From Moniliella sp. 'wahieum' (Eukaryota), in the NCBI GenBank assembly GCA_003971905.1, contig RSEE01000073.1, positions 248,001 through 312,000 on the forward strand: DNA of 64,000 nucleotides, given 5' to 3'. A program made the translations under genes and the position numbers. The notes below the pieces were generated by a model, which did not search any database, was not told the DNA's origin, and was given only the letters and a program-made list of their open reading frames with translations. Below, piece by piece: positions 26,673 through 39,746 of the stretch; the stretch's first letter is position 1; every line of letters starts with the position of its first letter.

Positions 26673-28461
26673 TCAACGCCCCCCTGAGGGCCCCGGCTGG
26701 CTTGATTGCCCTGATTGCCCAGGCAGGAGAGAGAACATGCCTTGGCGGAACCATTTCTGGTTGGCCTCATCTACGCGGGCCTTGCGCAGAGCTGATGGGT
26801 TCACCAGCTCGATCCCCTGGGCCGGGGTGAAGTTGATCGAGGAAGCAGTGCCGGCAGCAATCGCATCTTGGTTGGCGCGTAAGCGAGCGAGGGAAGAGGT
26901 AGGTGGCGGAAGTGCCGAGGGATGTTCGGCCAAGCCCTCAAGTGAGCTCTGAACCGGCGCGTCAAGGACAGCAGACGGGTTATGTTGTCCGCCTCCTGTG
27001 CGGAATTGCTCGATGCGCTGAGCATGGCGCTTGGACAGCTTGGCGCGCGATTTGGCGTCCGCCTGAAGCGCGCGCACTCTCCCACCCAGCAGAGGGGATC
27101 ATACCCATACCCACCGCATCGCCAAATGCATCTGCCTCCTCCTCCGCCTTGCCGAATGCGACTCGATTGGCCATCTTACGTGCTTCCGTCATTCCATACC
27201 GTTCTTTCCTCTTTCGTGCTTGGCGGCCGCCACGTCGTTGCTTCCGTCCTCCTTCGTTGGGCACAGGCAACGCCTTGGTCATCTTACTAGGAGGCGGTTC
27301 CATCAACTTGTCCAGCTTCCTCTGCACTTCGTCGTGCAACTTGGCACCATACCCCCCGCTGGAGGGGGAAGCCGTGTCCACCCTGGCGGCCAGGACGGCT
27401 TTGGCACTGAGCATGCGCACTGCCTGGGTGCGGTACTCGTCTGGTGTCTGGGTCACTAAGGACGCATGGGAAATAAAGCCGCGGTGCTTGCCCGAGTGGG
27501 CCGTAGACAGCCCCGCGACGGCAGCCGAAGTGGCACTGGCCTTGGTGGCACCAAGCAAGAGCAAATTGCACGACGGCATCTTGGCGAGGGAACTCAGGCC
27601 GCCCGCAACGCCGAGCAACTGGGTGGCGACGCGCGCTCCCACCAGAGCCGACAGGTTGGGCGCAATAAGCGATACACGTGACTCAACAAACGACAACAAC
27701 CGCCGCCGCGCTGCCTCCAGTTCTTCCACAGCTTCAATCGCGCGTTGGACCAGCGCCCAGGCTTGCTCTGGTAACCGTTCGCCCGACGTCTTGGACGCCT
27801 CAATGCTGATTACGGTGATCGTGCCCGAGGGGAGGACGCCTTCGAGTTTGGCGTCTCCCAAGCGCGGGCGGTTGGCCAGTGCTGCAACAGCCTGAATAAA
27901 CTCCCAAGGATCTGGAATGAGGGTTTCCAGGTGCGGGAAACGAGGTCGGTACTGGTCGCGGATGAGCTTGTGTGCCAAGCGCATCTCGTTGTCCAATTCG
28001 ACAATCAGATTGTTGCTCTGAACCATGAGCTGGTACTCGGGTGTCTCTTCTAGCACCCCGTCGGGCGCAGCTGTGGACGGGGGCATGGCCTCGACGTGGG
28101 CCAGCAGCTGCTTCAGCCGCGTTGAGCCGGGCAGGGACAAGAGTTTCTCCACTGCAATCTCCTTGCCCCCACTTGAGGTGGGACCGAGGTCCATGGCGTC
28201 AATGGTGGCTTGGTCCAGCTCCTGGACTGGAGCAACCGAGTTGGGGCCGAGAACCAGGTCCTGGGGTTCATCCTCCTTGTCGCTGTCGGTATTGTCGCCA
28301 CCCTCAAGGTCGTCGAGGTCGTCCAAGTCAGCGTCATCCGCTGTGCGCTTTCCGGAGCCAGCAGAAGGAACGTCCTGCTGCTGGTCCGGTGCCGGAACGT
28401 CGGACTGGGGAACAGAGGAGAGTTCGAGGTCGTCGAGCAGCTCGTCGGCCAGGTCGGCCAT
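26673..28461 (-). CDS. PRP31: U4/U6.U5 tri-snRNP protein Prp31
   Basis: [12 protein letters not shown]; Nop domain ([28 protein letters not shown]); [41 protein letters not shown] after a frameshift. Confidence 0.95.
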
Positions 28462-28992
28462 GGCAGCACACGTCTCGTTCTACTCGAACAGACAGGCGGT
28501 GGTGGTTGGGTTGCTGCACCTGCGGGCGGAACGGGGCGGAGATAGGCGCCAGAGAACCCATGAAACGTTCAATGGCACCCGCCGCTGTGATCAAGTCATG
28601 GTCACCGGTGTGGTCACCAGGCATGGCAAATTGGTGCAGCGGGCATCGGTGCAAACGCCGCTGCACGGGGCAGAGCGCCCCCCGGCGGGGGGCGGGGCGG
28701 AGGCGCGCGGCAGGGGGGCAGTGGCGGCGCACGTGCACCTTCTGCGCTGGGCGCCCCACGGCGGTGGAGGGCTCGTGCGCCGGCGCCCGCACAGGGGCAG
28801 TGCGGGTGCCCGGGCGCCGCCTCGCCGGGCAGAGCCGGGCAGCCTGCGTTTCCGCCGCCCACAGTTCCCCTGTGCGCGGCTCGCCCGCCCAGGTTGCCTG
28901 CCCGGCTCGGCAGCGGACACGAATAGCGAAGGCGGCCTCGGCGCCCAAGAACGCCAGCCACGGCCTGCGCCTGCTCGCTCCCCCCCACCACC

Positions 28993-30070
28993 ATGCTTGC
29001 GCCCGCCCGTCTGTCTGTCCGCGCCGCCGCCCCCTCGCCCGCACCTCCCTGCGCGGCCTCGCCACCTCCGCCGCCCGCCGCTCCTACGAGGACACCATCC
29101 CCAACATCAAGGTCCGCGCCGACTCGAAGGTCCTCACCCAGGGCTTCACCGGCAAGACGGTACGTTGGTCTGCACTCTTGCTCGTTCTTGGTCGTTGGCG
29201 CACGCACTGACTCTCCCTTCTCGCCAGGCTACCTTCCACTCGCAACAAGCGCTTGCCTACGGCACCAAACTTGTCGGTGGTGTCAGCCCCAAGAAGGCCG
29301 GCACCACTCACCTCGGACTGCCCGTCTTTGCTTCGGTCAAGGAGGCCGTGCGTGAGACCAAGCCGGACGCAACGGTGGTCTATGTGCCGCCGCCCGCTGC
29401 CATGGCTGCCGTGCTCGACGCGATTGAGAACGAGATCCCTCTGATTGTTGCCATCACCGAGGGCATCCCGCAAAAGGACGAGATCGTGATTGCCGATGCG
29501 CTGCGCTCGCAGAGCAAGTCGCGCATGGTTGGCCCCAACTGCCCTGGTGTGATCAACCCCAAGGGATGCAAGATCGGTATCATGCCTGGCCACATCCACA
29601 CTCCCGGCTCGATTGGTATTGCCTCGCGCTCGGGCACGCTCACCTACGAAGCCGTCAACCAGACCACCAATGTCGGTCTCGGCCAGAGCATCGTCGTGGG
29701 CATTGGCGGAGACCCCTACCCCGGCTCGACGTCGCTGGACTTGGTTAAGCTCCTGGTCCACGACCCGGAGACGGAGGGCATTGTCTTGATTGGTGAAATT
29801 GGTGGCTCGATGGAGGAAGATGCCGCTGAGTACCTCGAGAAGTACAACAAGACGCGTGCGGTGCCCAAGCCCGTGGTTTCTTTCATCGCCGGCCGCACTG
29901 CCCCCCCTGGTCGCCGCATGGGCCACGCTGGTGCCATCATCTCGGGCGGTAAGGGTACCGCGGAGGCCAAGGTCGAGGCCCTGACCAAGGCTGGTGCCAT
30001 TGTTGCCGACTCGCCTGCCCAAATTGGCGAGTTGCTGCTTGCTGAGATGAAGAAGATTGGCAAGGCCTAA
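28993..30070 (+). CDS. LSC1: Succinyl-CoA ligase alpha subunit, mitochondrial
   Basis: [42 protein letters not shown]; intron 29160-29227. Confidence 0.96.
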
Positions 30071-31801
30071 CTTTCCCCGCATCTGTACCCCCTTGATTCA
30101 AGCCCCTAGCCCCTGGGGCCCATTGACCTTCCTACCCTACCTTTCTCGCGTTTGCGCGCTGCACTTCCCGTTCCTTTCGTCTCGATAGTCGCCACCCATC
30201 TGCCTGTGTGTTGGCACTGCCAGTCTGGTGCATGAAATGAACGTCTGCCTTACGTCGTTGAGTACAGCGGTGGGCCATTTTTGCGGATTTAAGGCCTGGT
30301 TGCTGAGAAATATGCGTACGCGCTAAAAGAGTATGATAAAAAAGTGGACAGGTTACCCCTCCAACCCGCTACGACGCCGGGGGGGTCTGAGGTAAAGTAC
30401 AAGTACATGGTAGCCAGAAAACGGGACAAATGGGTAATGTAGCGCGTGCGGTCCAAGTTGAGATATCCCGTTCGCCCACAGTTCCCTGCGTAGCTTGCCA
30501 CCTCTGGGTCTTTTCTCGGGAAGAGAAGAGGTTGCAGCCTTGCCATACGGCCTCAGGACACCCTTGCAGGGACCCCGGGGTTGCAAAAGGCCGCGCTGGT
30601 ATCCCTGCCCCGTCAGAGTGACCGCACGAGCCCTGCGCGAGCTCGTGTGAGCACATGTTCAGTGTGGTGCATATGTCATGTGCTATTTGTCGACCGGTGC
30701 TCTTCTCTGCCCGCGGGGACTGCGTGGAACGGCACCCTCCGTCCGTTCTCCTCAGTGCACGCAACACAGAGGATTGGACGAGGCGACGTTTCGAGGCTGG
30801 TGCTGACAGTTGGGAGTGCTCAGCCTGAGCGCTCAGACTAGAGACCAAGGGTATTAGGGTCTTAGGCCCTGCGCAGCAGAGCACAAACGCAGACACAGAA
30901 CTATGGAACACCCGCGGGGCGATTTGTCCAAAACAAATGGATATGAGGCGGAGCAGCTGCGGAACCACAACGGCAAAAGAGGACTTGCGCCTCTCCATCG
31001 CGCCCGCCGGGCGTAATGCGTCGCACCCTGCGCCGAGCGGATTTGCCTCTGACGCGGCGGGTGGTCTGGTCTTGGGCACCTCGATTTGCCTATCAATACA
31101 ATCAGCGTTGAGATCTAGTGCACTGGCGTGCAAGCGGTCGCGCGGAGGGGAGGGGGGAGAAACAGGGTGCCCCAACGGAGAGAGATCCCGGCGGAGGGGG
31201 TGTGGGCTGCCGCTGCCGAGACGTGGCTTTTGTAGTGGGGACCGCTGTTGACTGAGGAGGATATGGGTGATCGATGATCGGTGATATGCGTGTGATGCAT
31301 GTGACGTTGCCTCTCGTGTGGATTTTCACGGGCCTTTGGGCCAGTGCGGATGGGGGGTGATGAATATCGGGATCTGCGCCCGATCTCCATGCTGGAGCGC
31401 TTGGGCTGCGCCCAGCACGCAGCAGGGGGCAGCGCACCGGGCCGAATGGGGACCGGCCCGGGTGCTGCCCGGTCGTCCGGTCGCCGGCACGAGCAGCACG
31501 GTGGCGCTCGTGCCCCGGCGCCGCTAGGGTTGTGCGGGGCTCCGGGCTGGGCGCACGGGGGGAGTGCGGGGGGGCGCTATGCTAGCTGCCGCCGTGCCTC
31601 CTCCTCCTCCCCGGCTCGCCCGGCCCGGAGGCAGGACGGGTGCTTCCCTGTGCTGGCCTGTGCTGGCCTGTGCGGGCGCTGAGCGCCGCCAAGCGGCGAG
31701 CGCCAGGCATAAATACAAGCCAGCCAACACCGCGCCTGGCGTCCGTCGCCTCTGTCCAGCTCCTCTCGCCGCCTCAGTCGCTTTCGCCTCGCCTGTCTGC
31801 C

Positions 31802-33207
31802 ATGCTGCCTTCGCTGACATCTACCCTGCGTGCCACGCGCGCCCCCGCTGCCGCTGCCGTCCGCACCGGCCTGCGCTACGCCTCGACCAAGACGCTCGCC
31901 CAAACTGTCGCCGAGGTCGTGCCTGAGAAGCAGGAGGCGCTCAAGCAGCTCAAGGCCAACTACGCCGATGCGAGCCTGGGCGAGGTCAAGCTTTCCCACC
32001 TGCTCGGCGGCATGCGTGGGCTCAAGGTGATGCTGTGGGAGGGCAGTGTCCTGGACGCTGAGACGGGCATCACCTTCCACGGCAAGTCGATTCCCGAGGC
32101 GCAGCAACTGCTGCCCAAGGCCTCGGACCTCGGATTGGAGGGCGACTCGATCTTGCCCGAGTCGATGCTGTGGCTTGTGCTGACGGGCAAGGTGCCAACG
32201 GTCGCCGAGGTCAAGCAACTTTCGCAGGAGCTGGCTGCCAAGGGGTCGCTCCCCGACTATGCCATCAAGCTCATTGACGGCTTCCCCAAGACTGCACCCG
32301 ATGACCCAGTTTGCTGCTGCCGTCGCGGCGCTCAACCACGACTCGGTCTTTGCTGCCAAGTACAAGCAGGGCCTCAAGAAGACGGAGTACTGGCAGCCAA
32401 CGCTGGAGGACTCGATTACGCTGATTGCCAAGCTGCCTGCCGTTGCAGCACGCATCTACTACAACACGTTTGGCAAGGGCGATGGCAAGCAGGCCATTGA
32501 TGCCAACAAGGACTGGATTGGCAACTACTCGAGCATGATTGGCTATGGCGGCAACGTGGGCATGATTGACTACCTCCGTCTCTACATTGCCATTCACGGT
32601 GACCACGAGGGTGGGAATGTGTCGGCACACACGACCCACCTTGTGGGCTCGGCACTGTCGGACCCTTATCTGTCCTACTCGGCGGGTCTGCTGGGTCTGG
32701 CGGGACCGTTGCATGGCTTGGCGAACCAGGAGGTGCTGGGGTGGAACCTTGCGCTGCAAAAGGAGGTTGGGGACGGTGCGTCGCTGGACCAGATCCGGGA
32801 CGCGCTCTGGGCGACCCTCAAGTCGGGCCGCGTGGTACCAGGATACGGACACGCGGTGCTGCGTAAGCCTGACCCGCGCTTTATGGCTTTGCAGCGCTTC
32901 TGCGACACGCGTCCGGAGCTGCAAGAGGCACCGATTGTGCAGCTGGTCAAGAAGGTGGCCCAGGTGGCGCCCGACGTGCTCAAGGAGCACGGCAAGACCA
33001 AGAACCCATTCCCCAATGTGGATGCCGCATCGGGTTGCGTGCTGGACGCGTACGGTCTCTCGGAGTTCGTACTACACGGTTATCTTTGGTGTGTCGCGTG
33101 CGCTCGGTGCGCTGCCGCAGCTGGTGTGGGACCGTGCGCTGGGCCTGCCCATTGAGCGCCCCAAGTCGATGAGCATTGCTGCCCTCAACGAGCTGCTGAA
33201 GAAGTGA
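31802..33207 (+). CDS. mcsA: Citrate synthase family enzyme, most like fungal 2-methylcitrate synthase (two frameshifts)
   Basis: [36 protein letters not shown]; variant residues recalled for the McsA clade (see findings). Confidence 0.8.
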
Positions 33208-34044
33208 GCACCACTGAGTGATGACCACTGGTAAAAGAACAGGACGTCCGCTTGTACATGCATGACCTATTGGAAGCCCTCTGACCCATTTCACGTAGTA
33301 CCAATTTGCCTGACCCACAGACGCTGATGACAGAACTGCTGTTGCTACCGAGGTGTGGCCTGGTGGGGCTGGAACTGGAACGATGTTGGGCACCCTTCTC
33401 TGTCGGGAGCGGGACACTCGTTTGTCCATAGGGGAGAGGATGGATGGGTGCCAGTGGACTTTTTATGTGGCGGTAGATGGGTGGTGTCAGGTGCGTGGCC
33501 TCAGCCTGAGGCCTGCCTGAGGGCTTGACGTGCCTCCGAGATGGAGATGGGAGCGGCGGAGAAACGGAGTCACCAGTGTCTTTCTTGGGCGGCAATGTCC
33601 CATCTTTGGTGTGTGACATGCGCTGTCAGGCGGCTGGAGCGCCCGCCTCAAGAGGCGCTGAGGCCGAGGTTGAGGCTGACGCTGGCTCTGTAGCTGCGGC
33701 GCTGACGCGCTGCCGGACAGAGAGGGAACCCGGCAATGCGTGCGGCTACTTGTGGCCTATACTCCGCTCGGGAGCCGCGGGCGGAGAAAAACACGCGGAA
33801 GCGTGGATGGGCGACACTGGCGCAGCGCCCCGGGCGGGAATGTACCGCGCTGGGGTGAATTTAATTATGGCGCAAGAGGCCGACGGCCTCCCGACCGCGT
33901 CTTCGTCTTCGGCCATGTTCCGCAACGGGCTCGGGGCGGCCACTTTAAGTATTTAAACCTGCTCCGCTTGCGGCTCCTTCTGCCCACCCACAGCCTCGTA
34001 CCCCCTCCTCTTCCCCCCCTTCTCTCCCTTTGCACCCTCCCACC

Positions 34045-35502
34045 ATGGGCGACGACGATCACCGCCAAGCCTTCCACCGCCCGCAGACCGGTGCGGAGCC
34101 CATTGCCATCCCGGCCGCCCCGACGCACCAAGTTGGCGTGAGTGGCGGCGAGCGGCTCGAGTACTTGTCCACCAGTCCTGGCTCGCCCACCCTGGCCCCC
34201 GTGCTGCCCGGGCGGGAGAGACTGGCGTTGCCCGTGCCGCGTCTGCTGCACCCGTTTAACGCGGGCGACCTCAAGATCCTGTTGTTGGAAAACGTGTCGG
34301 CTGGGGCGGTGCAGATCCTGCGCGAGCAGGGCTTCCAAGTCGACTTTTTCACCTCGTCCTGGTCCGAGGAGGAACTGTGCGCCAAGATTGGCGGGTACAA
34401 TGTGATTGGGATCCGGTCCAAAACCAAGTTGACCGCCAAGGTGTTTGCCCACGCCAAGAAGCTCTTGGCCGTCGGCTGCTTCTGCATCGGTACCAACCAG
34501 GTCGACCTCGAGGCCGCGAGCAAGAGCGGCGTGGTGGTGTTCAACTCGCCGTTTGCCAATTCGCGCTCGGTAGCAGAACTGGTGATTGGGGAAGTGATTG
34601 CCCTGTCGCGGCAATTGACCGATCGCGTGGGGGAACTCAAGGCGGGCGAATGGAACAAGGTGTCAAAGCAGTGCTTTGAGATCCGGGGCAAGACCCTCGG
34701 CATTGTCGGGTACGGCCACATTGGTTCCCAACTCTCTGTCCTGGCGGAGAGCATGGGCATGGCCGTGGTCTACTACGATGTGTTGCCCCTGATGCCACTG
34801 GGATCGGCACGGCAACTGGATACGTTGGAGGAGGTGCTGGAAGTGGCTGACTTTGTCACGGTTCATGTCCCGGACCAGGCAGATACGCGCAACATGTTTG
34901 GCAAGGCGCAGTTTGCAGCAATGAAAAAGGGTGCCTACTTTATCAACAATGCCCGTGGCACAGTGGTGGATGTGCCAGCGCTGGTGGAGGCGCTGCAATC
35001 GGGTCAATTGGGTGGGGCGGCAGTGGATGTGTTCCCCAAAGAGCCGGCGGCGAACGGTAAGGGCACATTTACCAATGCACTCAACCCGTGGGTCGAGGAC
35101 CTGCGCGCTTGCCGCAACATCATTCTCACACCCCACATTGGCGGTTCGACCGAAGAGGCGCAACGGATGATTGGAATTGAGGTGGCGTCGGCCTTGGCGC
35201 GCTACCTCAACTTTGGCACCTCGCTTGGCTCGGTCAACTTTCCCGAGGTGGATCTGCGTGCGATCACAGAAGCAGACAAGGCGGTACGGATCTGCTATGT
35301 GCACCACAACCAGCCCGGTGTGCTGCGCGCAATGAATGAGATTTTGGGCTCGCACAATGTGGACAAGCAACACTCGGACTCGAAGCAAGGCCTCGCCTAC
35401 CTCATGGCCGACATCTCCGACGTCTCTCCCTCTGAGGTGGAGCAGATTTATGACCAAGTCTCCCATACACCCGCCAACATTCTCACCCGTCTCCTGACCT
35501 AA
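34045..35502 (+). CDS. SER3: D-3-phosphoglycerate dehydrogenase
   Basis: KILLLENV, GIRSKT, GCFCIGTNQVDL, GIVGYGHIG, LTPHIGGSTEEAQ, C-terminal ACT domain; intact ORF. Confidence 0.97.
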   Translation: MGDDDHRQAFHRPQTGAEPIAIPAAPTHQVGVSGGERLEYLSTSPGSPTLAPVLPGRERLALPVPRLLHPFNAGDLKILLLENVSAGAVQILREQGFQVDFFTSSWSEEELCAKIGGYNVIGIRSKTKLTAKVFAHAKKLLAVGCFCIGTNQVDLEAASKSGVVVFNSPFANSRSVAELVIGEVIALSRQLTDRVGELKAGEWNKVSKQCFEIRGKTLGIVGYGHIGSQLSVLAESMGMAVVYYDVLPLMPLGSARQLDTLEEVLEVADFVTVHVPDQADTRNMFGKAQFAAMKKGAYFINNARGTVVDVPALVEALQSGQLGGAAVDVFPKEPAANGKGTFTNALNPWVEDLRACRNIILTPHIGGSTEEAQRMIGIEVASALARYLNFGTSLGSVNFPEVDLRAITEADKAVRICYVHHNQPGVLRAMNEILGSHNVDKQHSDSKQGLAYLMADISDVSPSEVEQIYDQVSHTPANILTRLLT

Positions 35503-36265
35503 CCGGTCCAGCTGAGCTTGATCCACATCCCGCTGGGACCCCACAGGGGACCCCTCCTCACAGGGTCAACAGTCATTCGTCACCCCCCAGATCCACGACG
35601 AGGAAGCTTTCAACCCCCTCCTCGTCCCAACGACCTCCAAAAGTTGCTTCTTGGGATGTTTATCCCCCTCGCCCCTGCATATGTACTTCAACACACATCT
35701 CTATGTCCCTCCGTTTGACGGTGGATAGCCACAACCTCTGCTCTACCCCTTTGCTACTTATCGTATAGTCGACATTCATTCGCAATGCACAGAGAGTGGT
35801 GCGCGTAGCTCGGAGATGGTCGGAATGACGATCGTGGCTGGTACCAGCTAATAAGATGGATCCTCGTAGTCTTGGGCAGAGTGCCATGTACCAGTGGGGC
35901 AAAACAACTCCGCCATGGCCGTACGCCACCCGGTGCTCAAGGCCTGCCTTGCCCTGGTCTCGCTTCTTCCGCAAGCGCATCACCTTGCTGTAGCTGCTGT
36001 AACATGAAACTGAGAGGCCAGACCAACCGCATTGCAAGCCTGATTGACATTTGAAATGTGAAATTTGAACAGTCAGCTGACGCCTTGCGCAGGGTTGCAG
36101 TGGAGCACAACTGGGCAGCCAAAAAAAAAGAAAAAAAAACGCGAATCTACATTCGACAGGACAGGTCCTAGTCGGCCCGCGTTTTTTTAGGCGGGCGGCA
36201 CGGGGCGGGTAGGATAACCTTGACGCAGGGGACAGACCTCTGATCCTCGCCCACCACCCACCTCG

Positions 36266-37464
36266 ATGGCGGACGAACTGGAGGAGAACTACGTCCTCGA
36301 CTCGGACACGGAGTACGGCGGCGAGGGGGGGAGACAGTGGCGTTGGAGTACACGGCCGAGCCGGTGCAGGGCAAGCGCAAACGCGACGAGACTGAGACTG
36401 AACCGGCGACCGAAGCGGTCGCCCCCACCTCGGCCTCGGCGCCCCTCACCACGGCCGAACGCAACAAACGTAAGCGCCAGGCCAAGAAGGCGCGAAGGAT
36501 GGAGCGGGTACGTACTGTGCTTTCTCTCCCTCGCACACAGTAGATCAGTAGATGGTCGCGTACCGCGCGCGCGCCGGCCCAGGAAGATGAGGCCAACGGA
36601 TCCTGACCTTTTCCTTTTCCCTTTTCCTTGTTTTTTTTCGGGGGGGGCAGATGGAACAGGCCAGTGGACAAGAAGAGCGGTTGTCGGTGCTGCCACCAGA
36701 TGTACAGGCGGAACATGTGCGTGCGCTGCAACGCAGTGCGTGGCCCAAGAAATCCTCGCTCGAGCGAGAGAGATGGAGGAGGGCGTGTAGGTCGTGTGCG
36801 TGCCCCCCAGCCCCCCAGCCCCCCAGCCCCCCAGCGGAGAGCGTGGGCTGCGTTACAACGAGCCAAAGCCAAAGCTGACCCGATCGGATTGTGCCATGAC
36901 CCATCTACAGAAACCACATTCGCGCCTGTCGCCGGGCTGTTTCCCCAGCGGCAGTTGGAGGATCTGGTGCCGCTCTTGCGCACGCTCGACCCGGCGCTCA
37001 CGCTGCACGGCGCACAGGTCCAAGTGCTCGTTGTGTCGGGGAACGCGAATCGGTGCACGGACCTGGCGCGTACGCTGCGCCCTCTGACGCAGGCTAAGCG
37101 TACCGCACGGCCCTCCAAGTCCTCCGCTCGCGCCAAGAAGGACAAGGAGGAAGCTGTGATAGCCAAATTGTTTGCTCGGCACATGAAGCGTTCTGAGCAG
37201 GCGAGGTTGTTGCGCAGCAAACCCACCCCCGTCGCTGTGGGCACACCAGGACGGATTGAGCAGTTGCTCGAGCCCGTGGAGGGCGAAGCGGAGGCGCCGC
37301 TATCAACGGACGCAGTGGCCTATGTCGTGTTGGATGTGAGCTGGAAAGATCAAAAGCAGTTCAATCTCCTCGATTCGCCCGATACGAAGCAGGATGTGTT
37401 TTCGCTCCTGGCCCATCCGGCGCTGCGCAAAGCGCTGGGGCCGAGCAAGTTGGTCCTCTTTTGA
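36266..37464 (+). CDS. CMS1: Cms1, 90S pre-ribosome factor (degenerate helicase fold)
   Basis: MADELEENY start; RCTDLAR, AKLFARHMK, VGTPGRI, VVLDVSWKDQK; intron 36508-36650. Confidence 0.88.
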
Positions 37465-37968
37465 CTAATCTAGCTACTACGGTGGCGGGGGACGGGAGGC
37501 GCATCCCTCGCAACGCAACACGACCGCCTGCTACATCAGGAGCAATACCGATCATCGGAGAGGAGAGATCATGGGCATTGGGAAACGGATAGCGGAACCG
37601 GGAACGGATAGCATCAGCTCAAGAGCTCAAGAGGTGCAGTTGTGTTGGGGGGGAGGGGTCATGAGAGAGAGAGCAAGAGCAAAAGGAAGAACAGGGTATG
37701 GATTATACAGCCAACGGGCCAAATCGGGGCAACGGTCCCTCGGCTTCTTGTAGCGAAAGCGCCAAGGGCGCATAGCCAAACGTAGCATACGACTCGTCGG
37801 CATGCCACACCCCAGCCGGCGCGGGCGGATGAAGCGAAGGAAGAATCAATGGCTTGGGCTGGAACTTGTGCGTGTGGTCCAAGGGCGCAACAAGCGAACG
37901 GGAAGCGGGAGGGGGAGGGGGAGACTTGGCCTCAAAAGAGTGAAACGGTACTACGGTCTCCTCTAAGG

Positions 37969-39616
37969 CTACCTCGGTATCCTCTTCTGAAGGAGACGGA
38001 GAGGTAGTGAGGCTGCGCCGCTCCTCCGCGGTGGTCGCGGGCCTACCAGTTGGCTCGCGGCAGGCAAGAGGGCAGGTGAGGCAGAAGGGAGCGAGTCGCG
38101 CTTGCTCCGCATCTCCCTCTCCAGCCTCAGCTGGGGCATGGACGCCATTCGCGGGAGCATCTTGCCGTTGCTGGGGTGCGAGTCAACGAGGGAAACCAAC
38201 GGATCCAAAGGCGGCGACGCCGCTCCCGTGTAGAGGTGCAATGCACCGTGGTGAGGCAGCGGAGGACTCATCCGCTCGCTCGACGGCACCAACGACGGAG
38301 CATAGGACGGACGTGCGTCTTCTACCGACGGCGGAGGTGTGGGGAGTAGCCAGCTAGATGATGCGTGCCGCCGAAGATCCATCTTGGCAGGAGGTGGCGG
38401 GACGGTACTAAGCAGCGGAGAGGAGGGTTGAGTGCGAGCCCCGACAAGGGGAGTGGGGACGACGCCTTGCGGCTCGGAACGGAAGGTGGGGGACACGGGA
38501 GATGCGGAAGAAGAAGGGGAGAGCGGTTGGTTCAGCGTGACGGAACGCAATGCACGGTCACTTCGTACCCGAGGCAGAAGCCGTACACGTTGAAGCAGGT
38601 TGGGCTTGCGCTTGTCGAGTTCGGCGGGCATTTGTTTGGAGCGGGTGCTGTGCGACTCGTCGGCAAGTGGCAAACCGGAAGCGGTGGGTAGTTGGGGCGA
38701 TACGGTCGGGGTTGGTCGTTGGGATGGAAACGTTTTGGAAGAGAGTTCCGGGGAAAAATAAGTCCGTGGAAGAGAGGTAGGCGCCGGAGCGGGCGCGGGC
38801 GCGGGCGCGGGAGAGGCGGCGCCAACGGCGGCAAAGGCCGTCATGGCGGGGAGAGACGGGGTGCTACGCAGCTGCGGGGTCTGAACAGGAGATTGGTTGG
38901 AGACCAAGAGCGGCGCCAGGGCCGAGGCCCAGTCGTTGGCCACGTCGGCGTGGGAGACACGGAAAACAAAGTGGGGACGCTGCGCAAAAGAGAGTTGGTC
39001 AGTATTCCTTCCATTTTGGCCGCACGAAAAAAAAAGAGAAAGACAAAAGGTCAATATAGAAGGGGTGAAGACACTTACGCTGTCAAGGTCAACCTGGCCG
39101 GCCACGCTGGCGCCCGTGTCAAAGTCGCACCAGGTTACGGGGCAGGGAGAGTGGTGAGGGCGAGACGGTGCCAGAAGCTCGACCTGCCAGGCGTGGGGGC
39201 GGTCGGAAGACTTGGACTTGGCCAGGGGCGCAGATGAAGGCGGCGGGGAGTTGGTGGCGGGGGGCGGGGGGTGGGGCGGAACCACTGGCCCTTGCTGCCC
39301 GACCGAGTGTGGGAGGTGGGGGCGGAGGAAGCAGGCTTGGCGTCGGCCGGGGCGGGTGTGGAGGCGAGCGCGTGGGGCAAGGCCGGGGCCATGGGCTGCT
39401 CGAGGGCAACCTTGCGGGTGCGGACGACGGTGAAGGCGGGGAGGAGGACGTGGGCGCTGGCGCTAGCAGGCGCGGGCAGGTGGATGACGAGCGGGCCGGT
39501 GGGGCTGAGCGTGGCCCAGCCGGCGGCCCAGCGGGAGAAACGCTGGGGGCGGCGCTGGCGGGGTCGGGCGCCACGGCCCAGACGGCACCGTGCATGCGGG
39601 GGGCGGAGGTGGGCAT
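37969..39616 (-). CDS. Hypothetical protein, possibly an N-terminal PH-like domain with a Ser/Pro-rich tail
   Basis: Long ORF with a probable intron near 39078-38995; [18 protein letters not shown] resembles the final PH-domain helix; N-terminus frameshifted. Confidence 0.4.
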
Positions 39617-39660
39617 GCGGACGACGGCGGGGGGAGCGGGAGGGGCCCGGCGGGGGCGGT

Positions 39661-39746
39661 GGTGGATGGATGGGTGGATGGATGGGTGGATGGATGGGTG
39701 GATGGATGGGTGGATGGATGGGTGGATGGATGGATGGATGGATGGA
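39661..39746. repeat. (GGTGGATGGATG)n / (GGAT)n microsatellite
   Basis: About six 12-mers followed by GGAT units, just upstream of the hypothetical gene. Confidence 0.95.

Noticed and set aside
28025..28990. Long ORF extensions and antisense ORFs such as 28025-30070, 59977-62214 and 15928-17043
   Set aside because: By-products of high GC content and codon bias of real genes; no motifs of their own.
33218..33284. Possible box C/D snoRNA (GTGATGA...CTGA)
   Set aside because: It lies directly in a 3' UTR, has no terminal stem, and shows no rRNA complement I can recognise.
7855..35502. PAN5, TYR1, bioF and SER3 as a biosynthetic gene cluster
   Set aside because: Unrelated primary pathways interspersed with housekeeping genes; no backbone enzyme.
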